DNA of 34,094 bases from a virus (Duplodnaviria > Caudoviricetes): positions 1 through 34,094 of the IMG/VR virus record IMGVR_UViG_3300020045_000534. One strand, given 5' to 3'. The notes below the pieces were generated by a model. The model saw only the letters and a list, made by a program, of their open reading frames with translations, ran no database searches and had not been told where the DNA came from. Positions 26,465-34,094 of the stretch are shown one piece after another. The number at the start of each line of letters is the position of its first letter. Position 1 is the stretch's first letter. A program made the translations under genes and the position numbers.

Positions 26465-26890
26465 TTAGGCGAACACTCCAATCTTGACGGCAGTGTCCTG
26501 AGCGGACGCCTTGCCGAGGAACGAATCAACAACACCGAACTTGACGTTGCTGCCAACCGTAAGCGTAAGGCTGGTCACCGCGCCACCAGAGACAACCGCG
26601 TAGACGAGGGTGTTCTTCGGGGTAGCGGAGGTCGCGCCGGTCACGGGGTAGGACCAAGTGCCGTCAGTCGCAACCGAGGCGCTGCCAGCGGTCTGGCCGA
26701 CGAGGCCGTTGGGCTGGGTGATGGTCACGCCATCGACGTTCGGGCCAAACGTGACCGTGCTGTCGGAGCGCGGGCCAAGCGTGAAGCCGGGCTCGTTGGA
26801 GATGGAGAGGACCGGGCTGCGCTTGAGCGTGCCAGCAGGCACAGGCCACTCGCGGACCTTCTCCTCAGTGTACTTGTAGACCTGAGCCAT
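26465..26890 (-). CDS. Capsid cement/decoration protein (DUF2190-like)
   Basis: SVATDGTWSYPV...LVY...FGVV pattern; between scaffold and capsid genes. Confidence 0.6.
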   Translation of the reverse strand: MAQVYKYTEEKVREWPVPAGTLKRSPVLSISNEPGFTLGPRSDSTVTFGPNVDGVTITQPNGLVGQTAGSASVATDGTWSYPVTGATSATPKNTLVYAVVSGGAVTSLTLTVGSNVKFGVVDSFLGKASAQDTAVKIGVFA

Positions 26891-26892
26891 AA

Positions 26893-27849
26893 TTACTTGT
26901 CACCTTCCGGGAAGTAGAAGGAGGTCTGGAAGCTTGCCGCCGTGACCTCAGTAGAACCGTTCTCGTTAATGCGAACGGCGGGAGCCACAAAACCCTGAGC
27001 GAGCTTCTGGCGGGCCTCAGCAACGATTGCCTTGGCGGACTGAATAAGAGGCTTAACGTCCTCGCCCTTGCGAGCAGCAGAACGAAGCGACTCAACCTGC
27101 GACTTGAGCAGTTCAGGCTCAGCGTCAATCAGGGCGATCTGCTCGTCATACTGTCCAAGAACTGCGTCAACCTGAGCCTCAACCTCAGCCTCAACCTTGG
27201 CGGTAGCCTCGGCCTCAGCTTCAGCGCTGAGTTCAGCGGCCTTAGCAGTTACAAGGGACTCAACGGCGGCCTTAAGGGCTGCGAACTGATCCGCCAGCTC
27301 CTTGAATTCCTTTTCCATTTCATCCTTTTTTTGGGCCGACTGGTCGGCGGTGCTCCCCGAGACAAATGACTCGGAAATCTTTTCGAGAAGGCCAGAACCC
27401 CGAAGGCCGGCGGCGGCTACTAGGTCCACGGAGGTGTCTTCTGCATTCCACATGCTAACGACATTACCATCGTCATCGACATCGCCGTCTACAAAAATTG
27501 AGAGAGCGGCAGTGTCCCCGAACTCCTCGGCCAAGTCCTTGTACCGAGGAGAAATCTCCAACTCGGACACAAGAGCACCGTCTGGATAGATGGCCTTATC
27601 GAGACTATCATCGTACCAAGCGTCGGTGCGGAAGACGCCGAATCTGTCGCGCGGGTCGCGGTTTTCGATTGCCTTGTGGCTGATCCAAGACTTTGTTCCC
27701 TTGGGAAAAGCCGCAACACCCTGCTCTTCAAGAATTTCTCGCGAGTAACGCTGGCCCTTAGCGCCCATTCCGGGGGTCGCAAGGACAACCTTCCAGACTC
27801 CACCCGTTTTCTTAACGGTTGAAGTTGTTTCAACGAATTTCTGGCTCAC
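26893..27849 (-). CDS. Capsid maturation protease/scaffold fusion
   Basis: N-terminal protease-like region (YSREIL, SH, ALSI, SVDLV) and acidic coiled-coil C-terminus; leaderless GTG 6 nt after TGCTAAACT. Confidence 0.75.
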   Translation of the reverse strand: MSQKFVETTSTVKKTGGVWKVVLATPGMGAKGQRYSREILEEQGVAAFPKGTKSWISHKAIENRDPRDRFGVFRTDAWYDDSLDKAIYPDGALVSELEISPRYKDLAEEFGDTAALSIFVDGDVDDDGNVVSMWNAEDTSVDLVAAAGLRGSGLLEKISESFVSGSTADQSAQKKDEMEKEFKELADQFAALKAAVESLVTAKAAELSAEAEAEATAKVEAEVEAQVDAVLGQYDEQIALIDAEPELLKSQVESLRSAARKGEDVKPLIQSAKAIVAEARQKLAQGFVAPAVRINENGSTEVTAASFQTSFYFPEGDK

Positions 27850-27876
27850 TCTAACAGTTTAGCATAATTGCTTGAC

Positions 27877-28500
27877 TTATCGCTTGAGATATGCAATAGC
27901 TGACTTCATCTTTTCTAAATCGTCTCCAAACCAGCCAAGACCCAAGTTGCATTGTTTGCAAAGAATTCCCCTGACGCAATCGCCACAAGTTCTCTTCCGG
28001 CCGCTAATCTTTCTGTCGCAGCAGGCATGGTCGTGATCTACATGCAACTCGGTGGTTTTCCCGCAAACCTGACATCCTGTGTCAAATAAAACCTGAAGCT
28101 GGACTGAAGTCAATTTATAACACTCAGATACCCCCTTGTGGCTCCTACACATCTTCGATGAATTGTCACTATTTCCGGCACAACCGGAAATCGAACAAGG
28201 GTATTCTGCAAGAAGTCTTGGTCTCTTGGGCGAGCTGGATATTCCAGTCTTGCTTCTTGAATGACCGTAATGCAAGGCGCAATATTCAAGCTTTTGCCGG
28301 TCTTTTGCGCACCCGGGAACTATGCAGGAGCCCGAAACTGCATTCCACTTTCTCAGCGGCCTAAGCTCAATTTTGTAGACATTTTTCTGTTTCCAGTGAG
28401 AACTACAAAGCCCTCCAGACCTGGAATCCCTACCACAGTCATCAAAACTGCACTCTGGGACATGTTCCCTAGGTTTTGGTCCACTTTTCTTATTTGCCAT
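27877..28500 (-). CDS. Endonuclease VII-family (HNH-like) free-standing nuclease
   Basis: CQVCG...LHVDHDH...VRGILCKQCNLGLG, preceded by three Cx4C...CxxH repeats. Confidence 0.85.
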   Translation of the reverse strand: MANKKSGPKPREHVPECSFDDCGRDSRSGGLCSSHWKQKNVYKIELRPLRKWNAVSGSCIVPGCAKDRQKLEYCALHYGHSRSKTGISSSPKRPRLLAEYPCSISGCAGNSDNSSKMCRSHKGVSECYKLTSVQLQVLFDTGCQVCGKTTELHVDHDHACCDRKISGRKRTCGDCVRGILCKQCNLGLGWFGDDLEKMKSAIAYLKR

Positions 28501-28541
28501 AAGAAAAGTCTACACTATTCTAAACTCCGAAGTCTACACAA

Positions 28542-30053
28542 TTAAGCGCCAGCCCCGGGGACTGCATCTTGATCCCGTAGGTCGTTATTGCCCTCACTGC
28601 GAGCAATTCCGTCCTGCTGCCCACTGCCGTTAACAACCGAAAGCGCGCTGGCTTCTGACTCCTGCTTGGCTTCATCCTTCTTAATCGCCTCAAGAGAGTA
28701 TGCAGCTGCCGTTGTAAACACAGTCGGCTCAGGCAGGTCAGTCGTTGTCGCCTGCACATCCGTAAGCTCGATGAAAGCGTTTCGGTACTCCTGCTGATTG
28801 ATTGCCCCCGACACGAAACCTGCCTGGTAGGTCTGGGCAACTCGGTACTGTGCCTCTTCCTGGAGGTTGGGGAAGCTAATCTCCACGTCCTTCAGCCCAA
28901 TAGCGCGGATCACACGCTCGTAGAAAGTGACCCACAGGGCCTGACGGGCACGGGCGGCGTTGGCGGTCGGGCCATCAAGAGTAGCGGCCGCGCCGTACGA
29001 GCCCGAGGCGCTTCCAGGATCAGAGAGCAGCGCAATAAGCGACACCTCAAGGGCGGATGCAACATAGCCAGCAATGGCCTGGCCATCTTTCATATTGACC
29101 TGGCCAGCACGCGGCATCGAAACCATGTCCGTGCCGTCAGTCATGGCAACGGTTTGAGCGCCACCACGAGAGTTTGCAATCCGGGTCGAAGCGTTCTGGG
29201 TCTGAGCCTTGCTGCGCCCCATGACCTTCCATGCAATAGCAGAGAGAGCCTTCAGAAGCTTGCTGGCATCGCGAATGTACTCAGCATGCGCCCACGCATA
29301 GCCAAGGGCAGGCAGCACGTCGGGGACACCCCACAGGTTCCCGATGCTGGTGTTCACCTTGATGTCCACTACCACAACGTCAAGATCAACCTGAACATCG
29401 CTAATAACGTCAACATCACGATAACCGGGCATCTCAGCACGCTCAAGAACCGGGTACCACTTAACGGTGGGCTCGTTGTTCGGCTTACCCGTTACCAGAT
29501 CAACCTCAGTCCATGTGCGCTGGTAGTAGTACACGTCATCAGTGAGGTCGGGGTTGGAGGCCGAGTTGGTAATTTCCTTGAATGGGATCGGGAAGAACGT
29601 CTTAGTGGACTTCCGGTAGGCCATGATCAGGTTGCCCTTGTTGTACAGCTCACGCTCATTGCGGGAGAAAGCTTCCTGATTGAAGCAAGACCGCTGATTG
29701 ATGGGCTTAATGATGATGGCGTCGTATCGGGGGGCGATGGTCCCCTCTATCTTAAGCCCCCGGGCGAAAACGTTGCTGGTCCGAAGTGTCAGACCGCGCT
29801 TGAGGAGAGGGTTGCCTGTCGTCTGGAGTTCCGCATACTCTGCAATATCCTTGATCGACTTCAGCGAAAACCCATCAGTCTCCTGGGTGCGGCCAACCGC
29901 GGACCATCCCTCATCCTCGTAACGGAGAGACAGCAGGCCAGCAGCAGCTTCCTCGAAACTCTGCTGCAAAACGGGCGGAAGCGTGCCAATAAACGACTCA
30001 ATCTCGTTCATTTTCTGGCGGTTTCCGCTGTAACCAGCAAGCTTCTTAGTCAT
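28542..30053 (-). CDS. Portal protein
   Basis: 503 aa directly after the terminase; NPLLKRG and WGVPD motifs; leaderless ATG 6 nt after TGGTAAACT. Confidence 0.85.
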   Translation of the reverse strand: MTKKLAGYSGNRQKMNEIESFIGTLPPVLQQSFEEAAAGLLSLRYEDEGWSAVGRTQETDGFSLKSIKDIAEYAELQTTGNPLLKRGLTLRTSNVFARGLKIEGTIAPRYDAIIIKPINQRSCFNQEAFSRNERELYNKGNLIMAYRKSTKTFFPIPFKEITNSASNPDLTDDVYYYQRTWTEVDLVTGKPNNEPTVKWYPVLERAEMPGYRDVDVISDVQVDLDVVVVDIKVNTSIGNLWGVPDVLPALGYAWAHAEYIRDASKLLKALSAIAWKVMGRSKAQTQNASTRIANSRGGAQTVAMTDGTDMVSMPRAGQVNMKDGQAIAGYVASALEVSLIALLSDPGSASGSYGAAATLDGPTANAARARQALWVTFYERVIRAIGLKDVEISFPNLQEEAQYRVAQTYQAGFVSGAINQQEYRNAFIELTDVQATTTDLPEPTVFTTAAAYSLEAIKKDEAKQESEASALSVVNGSGQQDGIARSEGNNDLRDQDAVPGAGA

Positions 30054-30062
30054 TTTACCAGT

Positions 30063-31634
30063 TTACCATCCGAAAGGGCTAGCGTAGAAGCCGTGATTTT
30101 GCTCAGCAACCGAGTCGAGGTCATACTGGACCACTGCGCCGGGAGCCGGGTCGCCCACATCGCCAATCTCGGCCGCTGCATAAATAGCCGCGTCAGCATA
30201 GTCAGGGCTGCCGACTCCGCGCTTCCTCATGTCTTCCTTGGATTCCAGCAGCAGAGAGTCTAGGCCAGCAGCGCGCTTCTTAATCTCGATACCGAGGAGT
30301 TCTTCCTGAAGCTGCTCATCAGTCTCATCAATGTCGAGCTTCCCATCGCGGAGCTTCTCGGCAAAGGTTGCATACCACCATGCTCGGGAGTTGAACCAGC
30401 GTACCCGGTCAGGGCTCGGGTTTCCACCCAGCATCTCCCGGACCCAGTAGCGATCATTGCACAACTCAGCAACGTAGTCACAGATCGGGCCACCGAGGCC
30501 CACGCCATCAATCCGAACCTCGTAAGCCCCGGTTGCCAGAGCAGCTTGGTTGATGCGCTCAGCGGTCCGAATTGCGTTACGCTCATTGAAGGCGTCGTAG
30601 AGACGAATCTTCCCATCGTGGTTGATGTAGATAGTGTTCATGTCGCCATGTTCAGACCGGGAAACGTCCACACCAAGCACGGGCAGGGTTTCCGTGCTGG
30701 GGATGATGTCCGTATCGAGACCGACTGCCATGTCTTCTGGCGGGATGAGCGTGAAGCCCTGATCCCAAGCGAACTCGCCCATGACGCGAGCCATGAACTT
30801 CGGGTGCTTCGAAAGCATCCTGCCCATCTCGTCTTCGTAAGCGCCACCCCACTCCGCCAGCTTGCCATCAACGTAACTCTGGTCCACCAGCGTTTCGAGA
30901 ACCTCGACGCGCATGCCCTCGCCGCCGTGGAAGTTCGGGCTGTCAAAAACGCTGATCGTATGCTTGGACCAGTTGGTGAAGTCTTCTTTGAAGATCGTTG
31001 CAACATAAGACAACGGGTTCGTCGGGTTGCAGATCAAGAAAACCCGGGAGGTTCCGTTCGAGGTGATGTTCCCGAGGTCTTCAATAAGCCCAGAGGTCAG
31101 ACCAACCGCCTCGTCCCCGACCGCCAGAACGTAGCGAGCATGGATACCACTCATAGTATCTTCCTTGTGCTCGGGCGGTTTTGCCCCGTAGCCCAGCTCG
31201 ATACCGTTCGGGAGCCTCCAGTGGGCGTCCGATGTAATGTAGCCCGGAAGTGGGTGGTCAATAAGCTTCTTGTCGTACCGTTCGCGAGCTAGCTGGTAGA
31301 ACTTCCGAACTTCTCGCCACACAATTGCGTTAATCTGCTTGGTAGAAGGAGCCGTAGAAACAACAAAGCACCCACCCGGAAGCTGCCAACGAGTGTCTAC
31401 CCACCAAGCGATGAGAACTCCAGCCAGGAAGCTCTTGCCGACTTCGTGCCCAGCCTTAACTACCGTGTTATGGTTATCCACAACGCTCATGGCAACCTCC
31501 GCCTGGGCTGACCAGAGCTGGATGCCCAGATAGTCCCTCGCCCAAGCAACCGGGTTTGAAAAGTAATCGGCCTGACGGTCCTTAGCCTCGTAGGACTCTA
31601 GAGTCCGCTCAATCAGGACATCAAGGTAACCCAT
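30063..31634 (-). CDS. terL: Terminase large subunit
   Basis: Walker A AGHEVGKS, TAPS, Walker B VGDEA, NPT; nuclease motifs LGVDVSR and SPDYADA. Confidence 0.95.
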   Translation of the reverse strand: MGYLDVLIERTLESYEAKDRQADYFSNPVAWARDYLGIQLWSAQAEVAMSVVDNHNTVVKAGHEVGKSFLAGVLIAWWVDTRWQLPGGCFVVSTAPSTKQINAIVWREVRKFYQLARERYDKKLIDHPLPGYITSDAHWRLPNGIELGYGAKPPEHKEDTMSGIHARYVLAVGDEAVGLTSGLIEDLGNITSNGTSRVFLICNPTNPLSYVATIFKEDFTNWSKHTISVFDSPNFHGGEGMRVEVLETLVDQSYVDGKLAEWGGAYEDEMGRMLSKHPKFMARVMGEFAWDQGFTLIPPEDMAVGLDTDIIPSTETLPVLGVDVSRSEHGDMNTIYINHDGKIRLYDAFNERNAIRTAERINQAALATGAYEVRIDGVGLGGPICDYVAELCNDRYWVREMLGGNPSPDRVRWFNSRAWWYATFAEKLRDGKLDIDETDEQLQEELLGIEIKKRAAGLDSLLLESKEDMRKRGVGSPDYADAAIYAAAEIGDVGDPAPGAVVQYDLDSVAEQNHGFYASPFGW

Positions 31635-32149
31635 TACAGGTTAGCCTTATCGCTCAGAGCCTTGCCCGCCGTCTTCAAGCCCGCTCTCTTGGCCGCGGTA
31701 GCCTCTTCCATCGTAATCTCAGGGTGGAGGGACATCAGCATGGCTAGAGTCTCATCCATTGCAACGTCGTAGGTTTCGCCGAAGATGCGGGCATCCTTGG
31801 CAGTAATGCGCTCAAGGTCAGCATCAACGATCTTCCTGCGGGCATCGAACCGAGCGGCCATCTGGTGCATCGACTGGAGCACGATCTTAGCCACCGCAGC
31901 GAAGTTGTCATCGTCAGTGGTCTTCAGCCGGGTCTGGGCTTCCTCCACCATGTCCCCGAGTCCAATAAGCAGCAGCCGCTCGTCCTGCCGCTCGGTACGC
32001 CACCCTCGGTCCTCCAGAAGGCGGTTCAGCTTCTCCCCAGCCTGCTCGGGGGTAAGCCCTGTCAGCTCAGCAATCTCCTCCAGAGACTTCGTGGCATTAG
32101 ACAGCAACTTCTCGCTGAGCGGGCTCCTATTGACAATTTCTAGGTCCAT
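31634..32149 (-). CDS. Putative terminase small subunit
   Basis: HTH-like KSLEEIAELTGLT plus helical body; TAATG-coupled to terL; ATG 7 nt after TGCTAATGT. Confidence 0.65.
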   Translation of the reverse strand: MDLEIVNRSPLSEKLLSNATKSLEEIAELTGLTPEQAGEKLNRLLEDRGWRTERQDERLLLIGLGDMVEEAQTRLKTTDDDNFAAVAKIVLQSMHQMAARFDARRKIVDADLERITAKDARIFGETYDVAMDETLAMLMSLHPEITMEEATAAKRAGLKTAGKALSDKANL

Positions 32150-32396
32150 ACACCATACATTAGCATATAGCAAGCCTTAAATGCGAATAAGAGTTACCGT
32201 TATTTGTACTTACCTACAGGTGAACCCCACAATCTGCTACAACTTCACCCGAAGGCTACTCATGCTTAAGAAAGTGGGGCTCACTGTGCGATGGGATCGT
32301 GACTTCCCTTGTCAAACCTCTACAGTCTACGCGGGAGCCACGTCCCAGACTGTTGTTGTGGCATTTCGCAATCACCACGCTTGGAAAACTAGACGA

Positions 32397-32480
32397 CTAG
32401 ATGTGGCTGGCGATCCAAATGATACCGCCAACGATAATCACAATACCTACAACTGTCCACACGACACTCTGAGTATTCAT
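32397..32480 (-). CDS. 27-aa single-pass membrane microprotein (MNTQSVVWTVVGIVIIVGGIIWIASHI)
   Basis: ATG exactly 6 nt after CTGGTAGACT; one clean TM helix; not in the ORF track. Confidence 0.7.
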   Translation of the reverse strand: MNTQSVVWTVVGIVIIVGGIIWIASHI

Positions 32481-32529
32481 GTATCAAGTCTACCAGCTTT
32501 ATTCGACCAGAAACAAGCTAGGTGGCATG

Positions 32530-32568
32530 AAAAAGCCCCCTCAAGCTTTGTAGGCTTTCTGGGGGCTT
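32530..32568 (-). terminator. Intrinsic terminator
   Basis: AAGCCCCC...GGGGGCTT followed by a T tract on the - strand. Confidence 0.75.
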
Positions 32569-32661
32569 CTCTCACGCCGCTAGTGCGTATCCAGCTTGGG
32601 TTCTGGCACCTGTGACCGTTTTGATCGCCGGGACGGTAATTCCCTCTACATAGGCATAAAC

Positions 32662-32670
32662 AGTTTAGCA
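32662..32670 (-). promoter_or_regulatory. Extended -10 element TGCTAAACT
   Basis: Identical to the element upstream of the protease gene (27856-27864). Confidence 0.6.
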
Positions 32671-32698
32671 CAGGCAGGCCACACGTTACTAGATTTTA

Positions 32699-32863
32699 CT
32701 AAACCTTGTGGGTCGGTAGTTCTGCTGGTTCGATCTGGACTCCGCGCACATCCACATCTGCAAGGTAGGGCATCAAGTAAGCCTGACGGTAGACATCCTC
32801 AATGTTCGCCGGGAGGGTCGTGTAGATAATCCGCCACTCCCGGCCCTCTTCAGCGGAGGACAT
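32699..32863 (-). CDS. Hypothetical protein (54 aa)
   Basis: ATG overlaps the end of the upstream gene. Confidence 0.5.
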   Translation of the reverse strand: MSSAEEGREWRIIYTTLPANIEDVYRQAYLMPYLADVDVRGVQIEPAELPTHKV

Positions 32864-33119
32864 TAAGCGGGTTGACCTTGGACTTGGAGCCATCTGGAGC
32901 GGTGACCGTGACGATTTCCTTGTAGGTCTTGGCGAAAATCACCGCCTTGTTGTAGGCGTCCTTCTCGTTGTCGTAGACCTCCTCGCGGCCACGATTCCCC
33001 GGCTGCATAACATACCAGACACCCCCAACTGGGGCATCGCTGGCGACCATCAGGACTGGAGACACCTTGGGCTTTGGACCGGGCTTTCCCTTTGCGGGGT
33101 TCGCGTTCGCGTTCGTCAC
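32850..33119 (-). CDS. Hypothetical protein (89 aa)
   Basis: GTGA overlap; phage-like codon usage. Confidence 0.7.
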   Translation of the reverse strand: MTNANANPAKGKPGPKPKVSPVLMVASDAPVGGVWYVMQPGNRGREEVYDNEKDAYNKAVIFAKTYKEIVTVTAPDGSKSKVNPLNVLR

Positions 33120-33328
33120 TTTTCAAGGCCAATCATCCGGTATTCTAGCTCCTCTACCTCGCTGGCCCACTGGTTGAACTTCTGGGCCTCGCGGTTCCAC
33201 CAACTAATCGTTGACGGCGAATCAGCATTCTCGGGGTGCTCAGCGTTGGCCTTAGCCGCTCGGGCCTGCATCCTCAAGAACTTCACAGCACCGAGGCTGG
33301 ACTGGGGATCGCGCTTTTCGCTACTCAT
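33116..33328 (-). CDS. Hypothetical protein (70 aa)
   Basis: Overlaps both neighbours by a few bases. Confidence 0.65.
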   Translation of the reverse strand: MSSEKRDPQSSLGAVKFLRMQARAAKANAEHPENADSPSTISWWNREAQKFNQWASEVEELEYRMIGLEK

Positions 33329-33467
33329 TATCCAGAAGCTCCTCAATGTTCACAATAAGCTGGTAGTCGATAGGGTCATTATCGCGGTCATTGGACCACT
33401 TGATAACAACGTCCATCGCCTTGTTCACGCCATCCTCGAACCCATCGAGGTAAGTCGTCTTCGTCAT
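33321..33467 (-). CDS. Hypothetical protein (48 aa, from MTKTTYLDGFEDG)
   Basis: AGGAG SD upstream of ATG 33467. Confidence 0.6.
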   Translation of the reverse strand: MTKTTYLDGFEDGVNKAMDVVIKWSNDRDNDPIDYQLIVNIEELLDNE

Positions 33468-33468
33468 A

Positions 33469-33657
33469 TCAGCGGCTCCTGTTGTTTCGACGGGCAAGCT
33501 TTGCGGCTTTCGCTTTCTTGTGTCGCTTCGCGGCAGTCTGCGGGGATAATGTGCCCTCATAGGTTCCCTTCTGCCCACTTCGAATATTGTTAGTCCAGCT
33601 GATAGTGGCCTTCTGGACCGGTGTCATCGTCTCCAGAATCTGAAACTTCTCGTTCAA
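33469..33657 (-). CDS. Small basic hypothetical protein
   Basis: TTGA overlap; K/R-rich C-terminus. Confidence 0.6.
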   Translation of the reverse strand: MNEKFQILETMTPVQKATISWTNNIRSGQKGTYEGTLSPQTAAKRHKKAKAAKLARRNNRSR

Positions 33658-34040
33658 TCTTCATCCTGTTCGTCATCTTCATCGTAGGTGAACTCAATTG
33701 CAGCGAACATCTGGGCCATGTCCTTGGCGAACTCGATCATCACCATCACGCCGAGTTCCCTGTTCGGCCACGTCACCCGAGTCGCCAGAGGGAACTTGTC
33801 GTTCGAGAAAACGAAATCACCCTGCTCGTCCAGCACTCCCTTGTCGTAGCCAGTAACACTGATGCCGTCGATCAGGACGGCCCGGGTATCAATGCCTAGC
33901 TCCTTCATCATCGCCACGCAGCGGGGGTACTGGCTGGTGTACTTAGTGAAGTCAGGTCCGTCAGTCATCCACTCGGTCCGATCCTCTTGTACTGATCTTA
34001 CTGGCTTCCTCGTAGAGCGGTTCCAGCGTGGGGCTGGCAA
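33654..34040 (-). CDS. Hypothetical protein (128 aa, acidic tail)
   Basis: ORF in operon orientation; start uncertain. Confidence 0.6.
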   Translation of the reverse strand: MPAPRWNRSTRKPVRSVQEDRTEWMTDGPDFTKYTSQYPRCVAMMKELGIDTRAVLIDGISVTGYDKGVLDEQGDFVFSNDKFPLATRVTWPNRELGVMVMIEFAKDMAQMFAAIEFTYDEDDEQDED

Positions 34041-34094
34041 TCGACCACTTGCGGATCAGGTTGAGCACATCCCGGTTGATCAACTTCTGTGCCT

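Noticed and set aside
25294-26487. Long + strand ORFs antisense to capsid, portal, terminase and tail genes (e.g. 397, 369, 283, 275 aa)
   Set aside because: Shadow ORFs caused by GC codon bias; no recognisable motifs or expression signals.
26464-26556. N-terminal extension of the capsid ORF (417 aa)
   Set aside because: It overlaps the cement gene; ATG 26463 directly after that gene's stop is the better start.
32181-32615. 144-aa + strand ORF and the 64-aa - strand ORF (32477-32671)
   Set aside because: They run against or across promoters and a terminator and lack coding character; the microprotein and RNA elements explain the region better.
1-34094. tRNA genes, CRISPR array, integrase/att site, reverse transcriptase/DGR, introns or inteins
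   Set aside because: None recognised by eye; terL, portal and capsid genes are uninterrupted and of ordinary length. tRNAscan/Infernal were not run.

Overview
A 34-kb internal segment of a tailed (siphovirus-like) actinobacteriophage, probably infecting a Microbacteriaceae/Micrococcales-type host (inferred from GC content, gene families and promoter style). Left arm (+ strand, 1-6048): a 5'-truncated primase-polymerase/helicase, small hypothetical genes, a DUF1599-like protein, a RuvC-like resolvase, a 27-aa CxxC microprotein absent from the ORF track, and an r1t-type holin. It ends at a bidirectional terminator (~6122-6166). The rest is on the - strand: small genes, terminase small and large subunits, portal, an EndoVII-type nuclease, protease/scaffold, cement, major capsid protein, a two-gene insert, head-tail connectors, an HNH nuclease, two tandem major-tail paralogues, tail chaperones with a -1 slippery site, tape measure, minor tail proteins, membrane proteins and a metallophosphoesterase. 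No endolysin, integrase, tRNA or CRISPR array was recognised. The most striking hidden layer is regulatory. About 19 extended -10-like elements (consensus TG[G/C]TAnnnT) split the late region into short transcription units, and eight lie exactly 6 nt upstream of a start codon, implying leaderless mRNAs. One drives a candidate ~70-nt sRNA (23871->23800) whose loop displays a perfect anti-Shine-Dalgarno (ACCUCCU) and is complementary to some of the phage's own leadered 5' UTRs. All assignments come from reading the sequence; no searches or folding programs were run.
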